A DNA stretch of 64,000 nucleotides from the human T2T-CHM13v2.0 reference genome, Homo sapiens: NCBI RefSeq assembly GCF_009914755.1, contig NC_060927.1. The stretch is one strand, 5' to 3'. A program made the position numbers and the translations under genes. Below are positions 1 to 21,470 of this stretch, one piece after another; position 1 is the first letter of the stretch; each line of letters opens with the position of its first letter. The notes below the pieces were generated by a model. It was given only the letters and a program-made list of their open reading frames with translations, had not been told where the DNA came from and searched no databases.

Positions 1-387
1 ACTTCTTCATTGAATGAAATATCAGTTTGATCTCAGTATGTCCCTGCCTAAACCCTATAGTCGCAAGTTCTCTATATGATAAAGGTTGTACTGCATGATA
101 TGTCCTAAAAGGCTTGGTGACTGCTTACCTCTCTAGCCTCATCTCCTGTCATTCTCAGTCTCATACATCACATACTAGTCCTCTTGACTCCCCCTACCAA
201 CCCCACACTATGTTGTGTCTTACCTTTGTTTTTCATGATGTTTCAAGTCCCCTCCCTACTTCCCCTGACTCACTCTTACTCAGCCTTAATGATTCAGCAT
301 GGGACAGCTCCTTCAGGAATCCTCTTAATTCTCAGGGTTGGGCCAAGTGCTCCTTTTCTCTGTTCTTGCTAGTAGGTAAAACAGGGT

Positions 388-3390
<3,003 letters not shown>

Positions 3391-4840
3391 ATGACTATGG
3401 ACCCTGGCCTCCCTGTGCTCTTGGTGGAGGCAGGGAGCGGGCAGGAGCCCTGCCCTTCCGGGCACAGCTGCAGGCACCCAAGTCTCAGCTGCACACCCAG
3501 GCCTCCCATTCCATGGAGCAGGCAGGAGCCCACCCCTCACACCCCCAGGTGCAGCTGCAGCCACACAAACTGTGGCTGTGGACCCAGGCATCCCTGCACT
3601 CTTGGGGGCCCAGGAAGAAAGGCCCCCCTGCCCTCGCAGGCTTGGAAGTGCCTGCTCCCACTTCCTGGCCTCTCCCTGCTGTTGGCGCCCATTTGATCTC
3701 AGAGCAAAGTCAGAGTGGAGCCTAGGTGCTGTCACAGACCAGCCAGGTGTGCACACGCTCAGGGCAGTGCTGACATACCAGCCTCCTGTCACCTCAGCCC
3801 ACTCTGGACTTTGGGTGCTGACAAACATAGGAAGGAAGCCAATGAGGGGCTGAGGGAAGCTCAGCACTGGCCTACAGGTACCCCTTGGCACCTACAGCCT
3901 GGGCACCACGAACAGCAGCAGGAGGCAGACAGGTTCCCGGGTGGAAGGGGTTGGGTCCCTGGTGAGGCCCCACCTTCAGACCAGTGAGGGCCTAAAGGCT
4001 GGGGGCCAGCCCTACAGACAGAAGCGGGAACTTGTGGTGCCTTTTCCGGTCCCATTCATGGCCACTCACAGACCAACTGGCTCACATTTCCTCCCCTCTG
4101 AAGCCCGTAAAAGCCTCGGGCTCAGCCAGAGCTGAGCAGACGTTGAGATGACCTGCCTGTAGAGAGGAGCTATCCACTTCAGGGCCTCCTCTGAGCTACT
4201 CTGTCACTCAGTAAAGCTCCTCTTTGCCTTGCTCACCCTCCACTTGTCTTCCTACCCTTTTCTTCCTGGACACAGCACAAGAACTTGGGACCTGCTGAAA
4301 GGCAAGGCTGAAAGAGCTGTAACACAAACAGGGCTGAAACATACCCCTTGCTTGCCATACTGCAGATAAAGAGGAGAGAAGAGCTGCAGCCCTTCAGGGA
4401 GCTCAGACCTGGAGCTCCCCAAGCCAGGGCTGTGACTCTTTGGTTCCCTGTGGTTCCTGGAGGCTCCAAGCTTCCAGGTGCCACCATGTTCCCTGGTGGC
4501 AACCATGGAAGCTGCTTGCGGTGTGCCTGATCTAGCCACAGCCTTACAGAGAGCCAGCACCCATGCTGGCACCTGGAGCTGCCCGCCCCACTGCAGCAGG
4601 CAGCATGCCTGTGCACAGTGGTCCGACCCCATGCTCGCTTGCTTGCACACCCCTTGCCACTCCATGCCTGGCTTGCCGTTGGCAGGCATGGGATCCAGGC
4701 TGGTAGCATGAACCGAGTGCAGCCTGCCAGCCCAAGTAGGCAGAATGAGCCCAGCAGACCCGAGCAAAACTCAGGCAAGGGCACCACCAGCCACAGAGGT
4801 TTCTGGCCAGAAAAGCGACACCCCAAGGATCCTGCAACAA
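3391..4840 (+). mobile_element. ERV1 LTR, MER52/LTR1-like, apparently missing its 5' end
   Basis: GC-rich block ending ...aaagcgacaccccaaggatcctgcaACA; internal TATA-like (cccgtaaaag) and polyA-like (agtaaagctcc) segments typical of this LTR group. Confidence 0.8.
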
Positions 4841-4899
4841 TTTTTCTCTTATTAGAAAAATTCTGTTGATTTCACTTTCTCTATTAGCATTGCTCATTT

Positions 4900-5423
4900 A
4901 TTTGCTTCCATTTAGAGCAAAACTTCTTAAAAGATTTATCTATATATGCGGCCTCTCATTCCTCTGTGTCCATTTTCTTTGGAATCATTCTGGTAAGGCA
5001 TTCATCTTCCGCTACGTCCGCACTGTTCTTGCCAAGGTCGTCGGTGGCTTTCAGATTATTTCCAGTGGTCAGCGTTTGTCCCTTACCTTACTTGATCTAT
5101 CAGCATCATTTGACTGTTGATCTCTCCCACGTTCTTGGAAAACATTATTCACATAGCTTCCAGGACATATCACTTTCTCTTGGTTCTTTTCATACCTTAC
5201 TGGCCATTCTTTACAATTTCCTTTGGTTGGTCCTGTTTTCCATGACCTTGAAACTTTGAACTGCTCCATGTCCTTGGACCTGTTGTCTATCTGTACTTGT
5301 TCCCTTGGTGATCTCATTCTGTCTCTTGGCTTTAAATTCTGTTTATATGCTGACGACAGCTTAATTTATATCTCAAGCTGAGACTTCTTCCCCTGAACTC
5401 TAGGCTCATATATCCAGCTGCCT
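4900..5423 (+). mobile_element. L2 LINE fragment
   Basis: cttgatctatcagcatcatttgac... and ccctgaactctaggctcatatatccagctgcct resemble the L2 consensus. Confidence 0.75.
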
Positions 5424-7769
<2,346 letters not shown>

Positions 7770-7840
7770 TAAAATTTTAATAAATATTGCTGAATCATTT
7801 TCCAAAAAAGTTGTATCAGTTTATAGTCTCATGTCCAGGA

Positions 7841-8163
7841 CAGTGAGCCTTCTGTATCCATGGGTTACACATCCATGGATTCAACCAATTTTGGATGGAA
7901 AATATTTGGGGGAAAAAAAAGGATGGTTGCGCCTGTACTAAACATGTACAGAATTTTATTTTTGTCATTTTCTAAACAATACATCATAACAACTATTTAA
8001 GTAGTATTTGTATTAGGTATTCTAAGTAGTCTAGAGATGAATTAAAGTATATAGAAGGATGTGTATAGGTGTTAATGCAACTACTACATCATTTTATAAA
8101 AGGGTCTTGAATATCCATGGTGGCTTTGGTGTCAGTCCTCTCCATGGATACTGAGACATGATG
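7841..8163. mobile_element. MER2 (Tigger-family MITE)
   Basis: Degenerate terminal inverted repeats (ctgtatccatgg / ccatggatactg); internal ctgtactaaacatgtacaga and ctagagatgaattaaagtata match the MER2 consensus. Confidence 0.8.
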
Positions 8164-8460
8164 TATATGAAAATGTTGTTTCCTCCACATTCTTGCTAGA
8201 GCCAGTTATCACTAATCTTAGTCTTTGCCAAACTTATATTAAACATCTTGTTAGTTGCCTATCTTCCTGAGCTTTTAGGCTTGAGAGTTTTGGCGTCAGG
8301 TGCCTGTTTGTACCTTCCCATACATGTCTTTTTTTTTTTAATGGAAATTTCAAATAATATAGGAAGGTATAATGGGAAGGCCCTTATCCTTATACTGTGT
8401 CCCAAGTAGCATTTTGAGTTTTGAATAGAGTGAGTTATGACCTTCTGTGAGCATTATTCT

Positions 8461-8808
8461 TTTTTTTTTTTTCTATTTTATTTTTTCTCCCCGCAATACT
8501 TTCCAAGTCATGAGCCCCTCTCTCAGGGTGAACCCATCCGAGGGTGTCCTTCAGTTGCCTGCCTGCCTTCTTTCCATTCATCGTCCATCTCTGTCACCCA
8601 GGCGGGAGTGCAGTGACACAATCATGGGTCATCGCAGCTTCAATCACCTGGGCTCAAGCGGTCCTCATGCCTCATTTTTTGATTTTTTGTAGAGACAGGG
8701 TCTCACTTTGTTGCCCAGGCTGGTCTTAAACTCCTGGACTCAAGCAATGCGCCCACCTCAACCGCTCAAATTGCTGAGGTTACAGGTGTGAGCCACCGTG
8801 CCCAGTCC
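8461..8808 (-). mobile_element. Composite AluJ-like insertion with an internal deletion and a ~100-nt non-Alu 3' extension
   Basis: TSD TGAGCATTATTCT at 8448-8460 and 8811-8823 encloses poly-T, a unique segment (8487-8588) and Alu sequence (8589-8808). Confidence 0.85.
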
Positions 8809-9058
8809 TCTGAGCATTATTCTGTGGCTTGACTGGGTTTCCAGCCCTGTTACTTAGGGCCAGGAGTGCAGTAGGACCCTGGTTTAGAAAAGGAATTATG
8901 ACATCTGCTAAATACTATTTAGCTTAATTTATTCATAAATTGGTTCACACTGTTAATTGAATAGTTACAGATCTCCTAGTCTGTGTAATATATTCTAAGC
9001 ATACTTACATACACATGAGAGCTGACTAGTAATTTCCTCTTGATATAACTTCACTTAG

Positions 9059-9357
9059 GGCTGGGTGCAGTGGCTCATGGGTGTATTCCCAGGACTTTGG
9101 GAGGCTGAGGCAGGAGAATCACTTGAGGCCAGGAGTTTGAGACCAACCTGGGCAACAAAGTGATGCCTGTCTCTACAAAAACAAAACAAAACAAAACAAA
9201 AAAACTAGCTGGGTGTGGTGAATGTGTGCCTGTAGTCCCAGCTACTCGGGAGGCTGTGGTGGGAGGATCTCTTGATCCTGGGAGGTTGAGGCTGCAGTGA
9301 GCTGTGATTGCCTACTGTACTCTAGTATGGGTTACAGAGCAAGACTCTGTCTCAAAA
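9059..9357 (+). mobile_element. AluJ-like
   Basis: Dimeric Alu with (CAAAA)n linker. Confidence 0.92.
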
Positions 9358-9385
9358 ACCCCCCAAAATTTGGGATTCCCTAATC

Positions 9386-9711
9386 CAGCAGTCTCCAACC
9401 TTTTTGGCACCGAGGACTGGTTTCATGGAAAACAGTTTTTCCATGGATGGTAGGTAAGGAATGGTTTCAAGATGAAACTGTTCCACCTCAGATCATCAGG
9501 CATTAGTTAGATGTGCAACCTAGATCCCTCACATGCATCGTTCACAATAGGGTTTGCACTTCTGTGAGAATCTAATGCCACCACTGATCTGACAGGAAGT
9601 GGCGCTCACGTGGTAATGCTCACTCGCCCTCTGCTTACCTCCTGTTGTGCGGCCCATTTCCTAACAGGTCACAGACCAATACCAATACCAACTATGGATA
9701 AGGGACCCCTG
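9386..9711. mobile_element. MER1B (hAT-Charlie MITE)
   Basis: Ends cagcagtctccaacc / gggacccctg; perfect 8-bp TSD CCCTAATC (9378-9385 and 9712-9719), the TSD length expected for hAT elements. Confidence 0.88.
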
Positions 9712-10009
9712 CCCTAATCCATATCACAGTGTTTTGTATTTGTTATAATTGGTTTTCTGTCCATGCTGTGAGACAAAGGCTTAGTGACTTCCTTCTATGC
9801 AGTAGTACACCTTTGCCCCATCACACATGAATATTACTGTGAATATTACCATAAATATCATGGTTATTTATAATAAATATGGTTATTTATGATAACCATT
9901 TATTATAACCGTATCATTCTGATAATAACCATAAAATATTATATATGTTATATATTTATCACCTGTATATATTAGAGTTCAGCTGTTACTGATCTATTTA
10001 TATCTTTTG

Positions 10010-14416
<4,407 letters not shown>

Positions 14417-14914
14417 CTGTGTGAGGGTTTTTAACAGAGATAAAGAGTGGTGGTGCAATTATTTTGTTGTTGTTTCAGCTGACCCCAGGATAGTTAGCAT
14501 TTTGTGAGGAAAATCATGAAGTGTAGTGAGAGTATTGCATATTTAAAATATCACAATATCCCCTCGTTCTGTTCCTAATATGCTAAAATACATGACATTT
14601 GGGTAAAATATGTAATATTTAAAATATTGGTATTAATAATTTTGATATCCTTTGAGGTAATTAGAGACTTTTTGATGTCTAAAAGATTGAGTTTGAGATC
14701 ACTATCTGTTCTTTAGTATCAGTTAAGTAGGAGCCTCAAAGACAAACAGCTGCTTTTTTGCTGTGATTAACACACCCCGAGAGGAAAAAATAATCAGAAT
14801 TTTCTTGTCAACCCATCAGTTTTGGGGTGTGGGAAATAGATTAATCACTGCCAAATTAGAATTTGCTGTAGGCTTTCAGCCCCCGCCCCCACTACCACCC
14901 CATCTCTCAGAACT

Positions 14915-15362
14915 GTATCTGTAAACGCGAGGGCAAATGGTCCAAGGTTCCATACATGCAGGCTTTCTTTGCCTTGCAGGGTAATCTGGACCTCTGCCAA
15001 CATTGTAGAATTGATTCTGCCCTCCTAGCGACCATCTCAGAGAGGCTGCAAAGGGCAATTCCAGGGAGATAGGTAAGCAAACCTTAGAGATACCTCCAGC
15101 GGGGGACTCAGCTCTCTCTGGTCCTGCTCCTCCTGGTCCACTTCGTCCTCCATATCCAGGTTTTCTTTCAAGCTTACCTCATCTTAGAAATTCTCATTTT
15201 AGGCAGGTCCCAGTCTCACTCCTGCCCCTACTGCCTGGTGAATATTGCCCCATTAAGGTCCAGGCCCTCCTTTATCTACAGGACTTAAGGCAAATTAAGG
15301 GGGATCTTACAAGTTTTTAGATGACCCTGACAGGTATATAGAGGCTTTCCAGAATTCAACAT
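14915..15362 (+). mobile_element. Isolated, frameshifted class I ERV gag fragment (HERV9/HERV-W/HUERS-like)
   Basis: Translates to [29 protein letters not shown] and LQDLRQIKGDL/KFLDDPDRYIEAFQN, motifs typical of HERV-W/HERV9-group Gag. Confidence 0.85.
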
Positions 15363-16279
15363 AGGTGTCTGAGATTCAGAAATCTAATTTACTTTGTCCT
15401 GAATTCTCAGTGAAGGATTGTCTTAATTTGAAAGCATATTTAAGAAATATGTAATAATTCTAGTTGGGTTTTATATGCTTTATACTGTTTTGATTACACT
15501 TTTAAAAATTTATCTTTACCACTTTCCCTATTTCTGTCTTTCATAATCTTATCTCAGCTCCCATGTAGAGACTTATCTCAGTTCCCATGTAGAAATACTT
15601 TTTCTTTCTCCACTTTTCCTTGTGAGCTGGCCCCAAAAGAAAGATTTATTGTACAGTGAACACATCTAGAATGTCACTAGGTGGAAAAAATCTTGGCAAA
15701 TTAACATCATTTGTAAGACGTTCGGGTAATATATTGGCAAGTTTCATTCTAGTTTACATGTGAGATTTCATTTTGGTGAAAACATTTCACCACTTCTATA
15801 TATTTTCCTATAGAATATGAATAAAGATTTTTATTTCTCCCTTCAGTGGCACAATTAAAAATTCCAGCCTCAGAAATGTGTGATGCTTTGTTAGCCAGGA
15901 AGCCAGAAAGGTTATATAAATAAATTAATTAATGTTGAACATGCATATAATTACTAAGTTTGTATACTCTAAGAAGCGACTAAATTGTTGGTGGCAAAAG
16001 TGAACAAATCATGGGTCTCCTTATTTCTGGTGACTCCCACTGCAGTTCATCCTACACACAGCTGCTAGATCATCAAAGCTGTTGGATTAATCTCCCTAAA
16101 ACAATATTTCATCAACTCTGTCAGTAGTGCCTTCTGTCTTAAGAAATTGCAACTTCTTAGTCCAGTGCCAAAGGCCCTCTCTTTACAGCTGTATCTTGCA
16201 TTTTTCCACTTGTTCCTTTGTTTGGTTTTTGTTACCCTCTGGGGGCCTTAGCTATATATAAATTTGCTGCAATACCTGT

Positions 16280-16308
16280 TCCTCCTCCTCCTCCTCCTCC
16301 TCCTCCTC
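16280..16308. repeat. (CCT)n microsatellite
   Basis: About 9 direct CCT units. Confidence 0.9.
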
Positions 16309-16764
16309 TTTCTCCTTGCCTTTTCATTCTGATTACCACCCTCACTCATAAATGCTTCCTTAGCAACTGATTATGCCTAACTGTATTTCCCACCAGGCTC
16401 TCAGGATTTTGGTACTTAATTCATCCTGTCTTAATTTATTCTCAGTTTAGGGTTGCTCTCCATATGATTTTATGGATGTGCAGTCTCTCCAAGATAGGTG
16501 CCAAGTAGATGTTACAGACTAAGTGATTTGCCTTAATGATGGAGGTAGAGTTGAAATTGGCTCTATGTATTCTGATTGCTTCAGGAAGTCTTTATACATG
16601 AAATGGGATTTCATAAGTTTGGAGTCAAAGATCAGAGAGTGTTTAAGTAGGGAAGAAAGGCAGTGTGGAAATTTTGCAGGAATAACAGTGTTAAATCTGC
16701 AATAGCTGTGAGGTCGTGGCACTCTGCTTAATATGCCTGAGGCTCAGTTTCTTAATCTGATGCC

Positions 16765-18742
16765 ACGGAAAAAGGTAGAGTAGGAATCTCTGAATTGATT
16801 CCTCCACCAGAAGAACTACTGAGCTCGCATGAACTGTCTGAAGCAACTATTTTGGAACTCTGGAGTCTAGTAGAACATTTGCAGCATCCAAGGGAGTACT
16901 TGATAAGGAAAGAGGCTGGTAAGTTTCAAAGAATTTCATTGTTTTGGTGTTTGGCATAGTAGCTACCATCTCCCATCCCTCAATCCTGTAGCAGCCAGGT
17001 GATGGTTGCCTGTGTTCCTGGTATGACTTGCTGGTCCCCAGGTGGGCGTTTGGGACCTTTAAAAATTGGGATTGTGTATTATGATTGCTATTTTTAATTG
17101 CTGAGGTGCCAGCTGTTTCAACCCCCACAAGCTGAAATGACTTACTTGGCATTAGCCATTTAAGATTTAAAGAGACAGCACATTCCCTCAAACTCCTTTT
17201 CTTATTGGATCCAGGCACTTAAGGAAATCTGTGTTAGGTCACTGGATGACTGCAGAGATAACAGAGACTTCAGTGACCACATATGGCAGGGAGTATAATC
17301 CTTGCAAAGAATAGGTTGGAAAATTCACTTAAACAAATGGCTGGCTGCCACCCTCATCAAGTAACAACAGCAGTCCTGGGGAGAGAAGGGAGCCTGATTT
17401 CCAGAGTTACCACATTACAGTATTCAAAATATCCAGAAAAAATTAAAAAGCATACAAGAAAGAGGAAAGTATGGCCCATTGCTGGGGGGAAAAATGGACA
17501 GAAACCATCCTTGGGGAAATGCGGACATTGGACTTATCAGACAAAAACTTTATCTTTTTTTTTCTGATTTGGGTAATTTATTTTTTTATTTTTCTTTTAT
17601 TATACTTTTAAGTTTTAGGGTACATGTGCACAACGTGCAGGTTTGTTACATGTATATACATGTGCCATGTTGGTGTGCTGCACCCATTAACTCGTCATTT
17701 AACATTAGGTATATCTCCTAATGCTATCCCTCCCTCCTCCCACCACCCTACAACAGTCCCCGGTGTGTGATGTTCCCTTCCTGTGTCCATGTGTTCTCAT
17801 TGTTCAATTCCCACCTATGAGTGAGAACATGTGGTGTTTGGTTTTTTGTCCTTGTGATAGTTTGCTGAGAATGATGGTTTCCAGCTTCATCCATGTCCCT
17901 ACAAAGGACATGAACTCATCATTTTTTATCGCTGCATAGTATTCCATGGTGTATATGTGCCACATTTTCTTAATCCAGTCTATCATTGTTGGACATTTGG
18001 GTTGGTTCCAAGTCTTTGCTATTGTGAATAGTGCCGCAGTAAACATACGTGTGCATGTGTCTTTATAGCAGCATGATTTATAATCCTTTGGGTATATACC
18101 CAGTAATGGGATGGCTGGGTCAAGTGGTATTTCTAGTTCTAGATCCCTGAGGAATCGCCACACTGACTTCCACAATGGTTGAACTAGTTTACAGTCCCAG
18201 CAACAGTGTAAAAGTGTTCCTATTTCTCCACATCCTCTCCAGCACCTGTTGTTTCCTGACATTTTAATGATCGCCATTCTAACTGGTGTGAGATGGTATC
18301 TCATTGTGGTTTTGATTTGCATTTCTCTGATGGCCAGTGATGATGAGCATTTTTTCATGTGTCTTTTGGCTGCATTAAAAAAAACTTTATCTTAAATATA
18401 CCCACAGAGGTGAAGGAAATCATGGTCAAAGAACTAAAGGAAATCAGGAAAACAATGTATCAATGGGAAACATAGTACAGAGATGAAAATTATAAAAAAT
18501 ATAATTCAGTAGAGAGTTCAATGGCAGATTTGAACAGGCAGAAGAAAGAATAAGTAAACTTGAAGACAAAGCAATTGCAATTACCCTGTCTGAGGAGCAG
18601 AGAGAAAAATTTGAAGAGAAATGAACATACCCTAAGGGACTTATGAGAAGACATCAAGCTTACCAACATATGCATTGTGGTAATCCTAGAAGGAGAGAGA
18701 GAAAGGGACAGAAAAAATAGTCAGAGAAATAATGGCCGAAAA
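16765..18742 (+). mobile_element. Ancient L1M (L1MC/L1M4-like) 5' region and ORF1 remnant, split by a young L1PA
   Basis: ctattttggaactctggagtct, ctgatttccagagttaccacatta and ORF1-like aaagaactaaaggaaatcaggaaaac...gcagaagaaagaataagtaaacttgaagac. Confidence 0.7.
17557..18376 (-). mobile_element. Young 5'-truncated L1PA (about L1PA3/4) with an open 184-aa ORF2 C-terminus
   Basis: ORF 17804-18358 (-) matches the ORF2p Cys-rich C-terminus ([18 protein letters not shown] ... FSLIGGN); TSD AAAAACTTTATCTT at 17543-17556 and 18380-18393. Confidence 0.96.
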
Positions 18743-21470
18743 GTATTTTATGGTTTTAGCTTTTATATTTAACTCTTTAATTTATTTTGAGTTCATTTTT
18801 GTGTATGGTATGAGGCAGGGGTCCAACTTTACTTTTCTGCATGTGTCTCTCCAGTTTTCCCAGCATCATTTATTGAAGAGATGATTCTTTCCTCATTGAA
18901 TGGACTTTGAAAATCACTAGGCTGTAGATGTTTGGATTTATTTCTGGACTCTAGGTTCTATTCCATTGATCTTTATATCTGTCCGTATGCCGGTAACACA
19001 ATGTTTTGATTACTGTACCTCTGTAGTAAGTTTTGAATTCAGGAAATATGCATCTTCCAACTTTGTTCTTCTTTCTCAGGATTATATTGCCTACTCAAGG
19101 TCCCTTGCAATTTCCATATGAATTTGAGGATGGACTTTTCCATTTCTGCAGAAAAGGTGGTCATTGGAATTTTGATAGGGATTGTGCCGGATCTGTGGAT
19201 TTTTTTGGAAAATATTGATACCTTCACAGTATTAAGACTTCCAGTCCATGAACATGGGGACATCTTTATATTTATTTAGACCATCTTTAATATCTTTCAG
19301 CAATATTTTACAGTTTTTAAATGTAAAAATCTTTTACCTCCTCAGTTAAATTTATTCATAGGTATTTTATTCTTCTAGATGGAAATGGAATTGTCTTCTT
19401 AATTTCCTTTTTGAATTATTCATTGCTGGTATGTAGAAACACTGTTTTTTGTGTGTTAACCTTGTAAGCTGCAAATTTGCTGGATTTGTTTAACTCATAG
19501 TTTTCATGTGAATTCTATGGGGTTTTCTATATATAGGATCATGTCATCTGTGAATAAACATAGTTTACTTCGTCCTTTCCAATTTCAATGCCTTTTTTTT
19601 TTTTTATTCTTTCTAGACAAGAAACTTCTAGTACAGTGTTGAACAGCAGTGGTGAAAGCCGGCATCCTTGTCTTGTTCTTGATCTCAATGGGGAATGCTT
19701 TCAGTCTTTTACTATTGAGTATTATGTTAGCTGTTGGTTTTTTATAAATGCCCTTTATCATGTTGAGGAAGTTCCCTTCTAACGTTAGCTTTCTGAGTGC
19801 TTTTATTGTGAAAAGATTTTATATTTCATCAAATGCCTTTTCTGCATTGAGATGATTGTGTGTTTTCTTTTTTTTTTTTTTTTCATTTTCTACAAATGTG
19901 GGGCATTTAAACATTTTTATATTATAAAATACCTTTTTAAAGTTGAACCACCTAGGGTAAATCCCACTTAACAAAGCAATGCCAGCCACTTTTACAGCTT
20001 GGATGAGTTCTGAGTTAGGCAAAACAAAGATGAAAGCCTTGCACCAGTTCTTCCTATAGCCCCAGACAGGTGAAAATTAGACAAAATAATTTGTGATTAA
20101 GGTCTGCTCTGCTCCCTCTGGAACTAGGTACCAGGGTGTCCCACGCTGGGAATGCAGGCTGATGTCTCCAAGACTTATTTTGTGCTGGAGAGGGGGATGG
20201 GACTAGGGTAAGTAATGCCACAAAGCTTTCCTATATTTTAATTGCCTTTTTCTTGATTCAGCGTTTACTTGGGTGCTGTAAACCTTTGACTGTTTTCGAG
20301 ACTTTTAACAAAGTTGGTTCTGATAGTTTCTGCTTGTTTTTCAGTGTTTCTATGGGGAGCTTGGAGCTGCCTACTCTGGCATTTTGCTGATGTCACTTTC
20401 TTCATTCTTTATGGTTTTAAAAAATTTTACCCTTTTTAAAACCTTTTATTTACTCTAAGGCATTATTTGTTATATTTAATCACTCTTGTGAGCCTTCTAA
20501 TTTGTATTCATTTCTAAAATGAATTTTTCCTTTTACTTCTATTCTTTTGAGTTATTTCACCTTTTCTTGAGTTGTATAATTGTGATTTATTTTGCTCTTT
20601 CATGTCTTGAATTATTTTTCTAATGTCTTTTAGCTTGTTTTGAAATAGAAGTTTACAGTTTTGATCTCTTCCCAAGGTCTGTTTTTCATTATCTGTAAAG
20701 ATACTATTCTGCTCCTTATTCTCTTTTTTCTTAAAATAACTGTATGGATGTGACCTTGATACATTTCTGTTGCTAATTTTTATATGAAATTGGTTTTCCT
20801 GAACTTTAAAAAGGGGTCATGGTTCAGGATAACTTTTCTAATTCACAGAGCTCCCTCTTCTGTTGTTTTTGTAAAATGTTTAAAAATATGGTGGCTTCCT
20901 TTCCCCTTCTCAACTTTTATCTGAACCTTTTCTTTCCTTGTCTCTATTGTCCCTGTTCTGCTTAATTTTGGTTCCACTCCCAGCAGTTTTCCCTCAGTTT
21001 GGAGCCCATTCCTGGAAGGTAGCTTTGGTTGGTAGGTTGGTTTTAAGAATTTATATGGCTCAGACTGTTCCAGCCTTTTTAGGAACTTACCCTGCACTCA
21101 CTTGTTATTGGATTGAGCCACACCATTCCCATTTCCAGCTTTTCTTCAGTTGGCCTCCATACTGTCCAGTGAACACCTAATAGCTATTTTGGTGTTGTCC
21201 TCAAGTCCCCCAAATGCCCCCTTTGTTTCCTTACGTATCCTTCTGCACAGATGCTGATTCCATGCAGGTCTTGTGGCTTTTGGTGGTCTTCCCCACTCTT
21301 ATTTTGGGGTTTGTGTGGGTACTGTGTCACCTACTTTTGTTACAAATGTTTCCCATGGGATTTTGGTTTTGCTATCTTAGTCACTCTGATTTTAGGTGGT
21401 GATTCAAGGAGATTAAAAATTTTTGTTGCAGTATCTGCTATCTACCTCGAATCTATTCTGCATTCATATC
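18743..21470 (-). mobile_element. Ancient L1M ORF2 remnant followed by older L1 5'-region relics
   Basis: ORF2-like peptides on the - strand (PCSWTGSLNTVKVSIF..IPIKIP..ILKFIW; NAEKAFDEI); the distal part is more degraded. Confidence 0.65.

Noticed and set aside
17804-18358. Open 184-aa L1 ORF2 C-terminus as a functional gene
   Set aside because: 5'-truncated copy with no promoter, EN or RT; an open frame is expected in a young insertion
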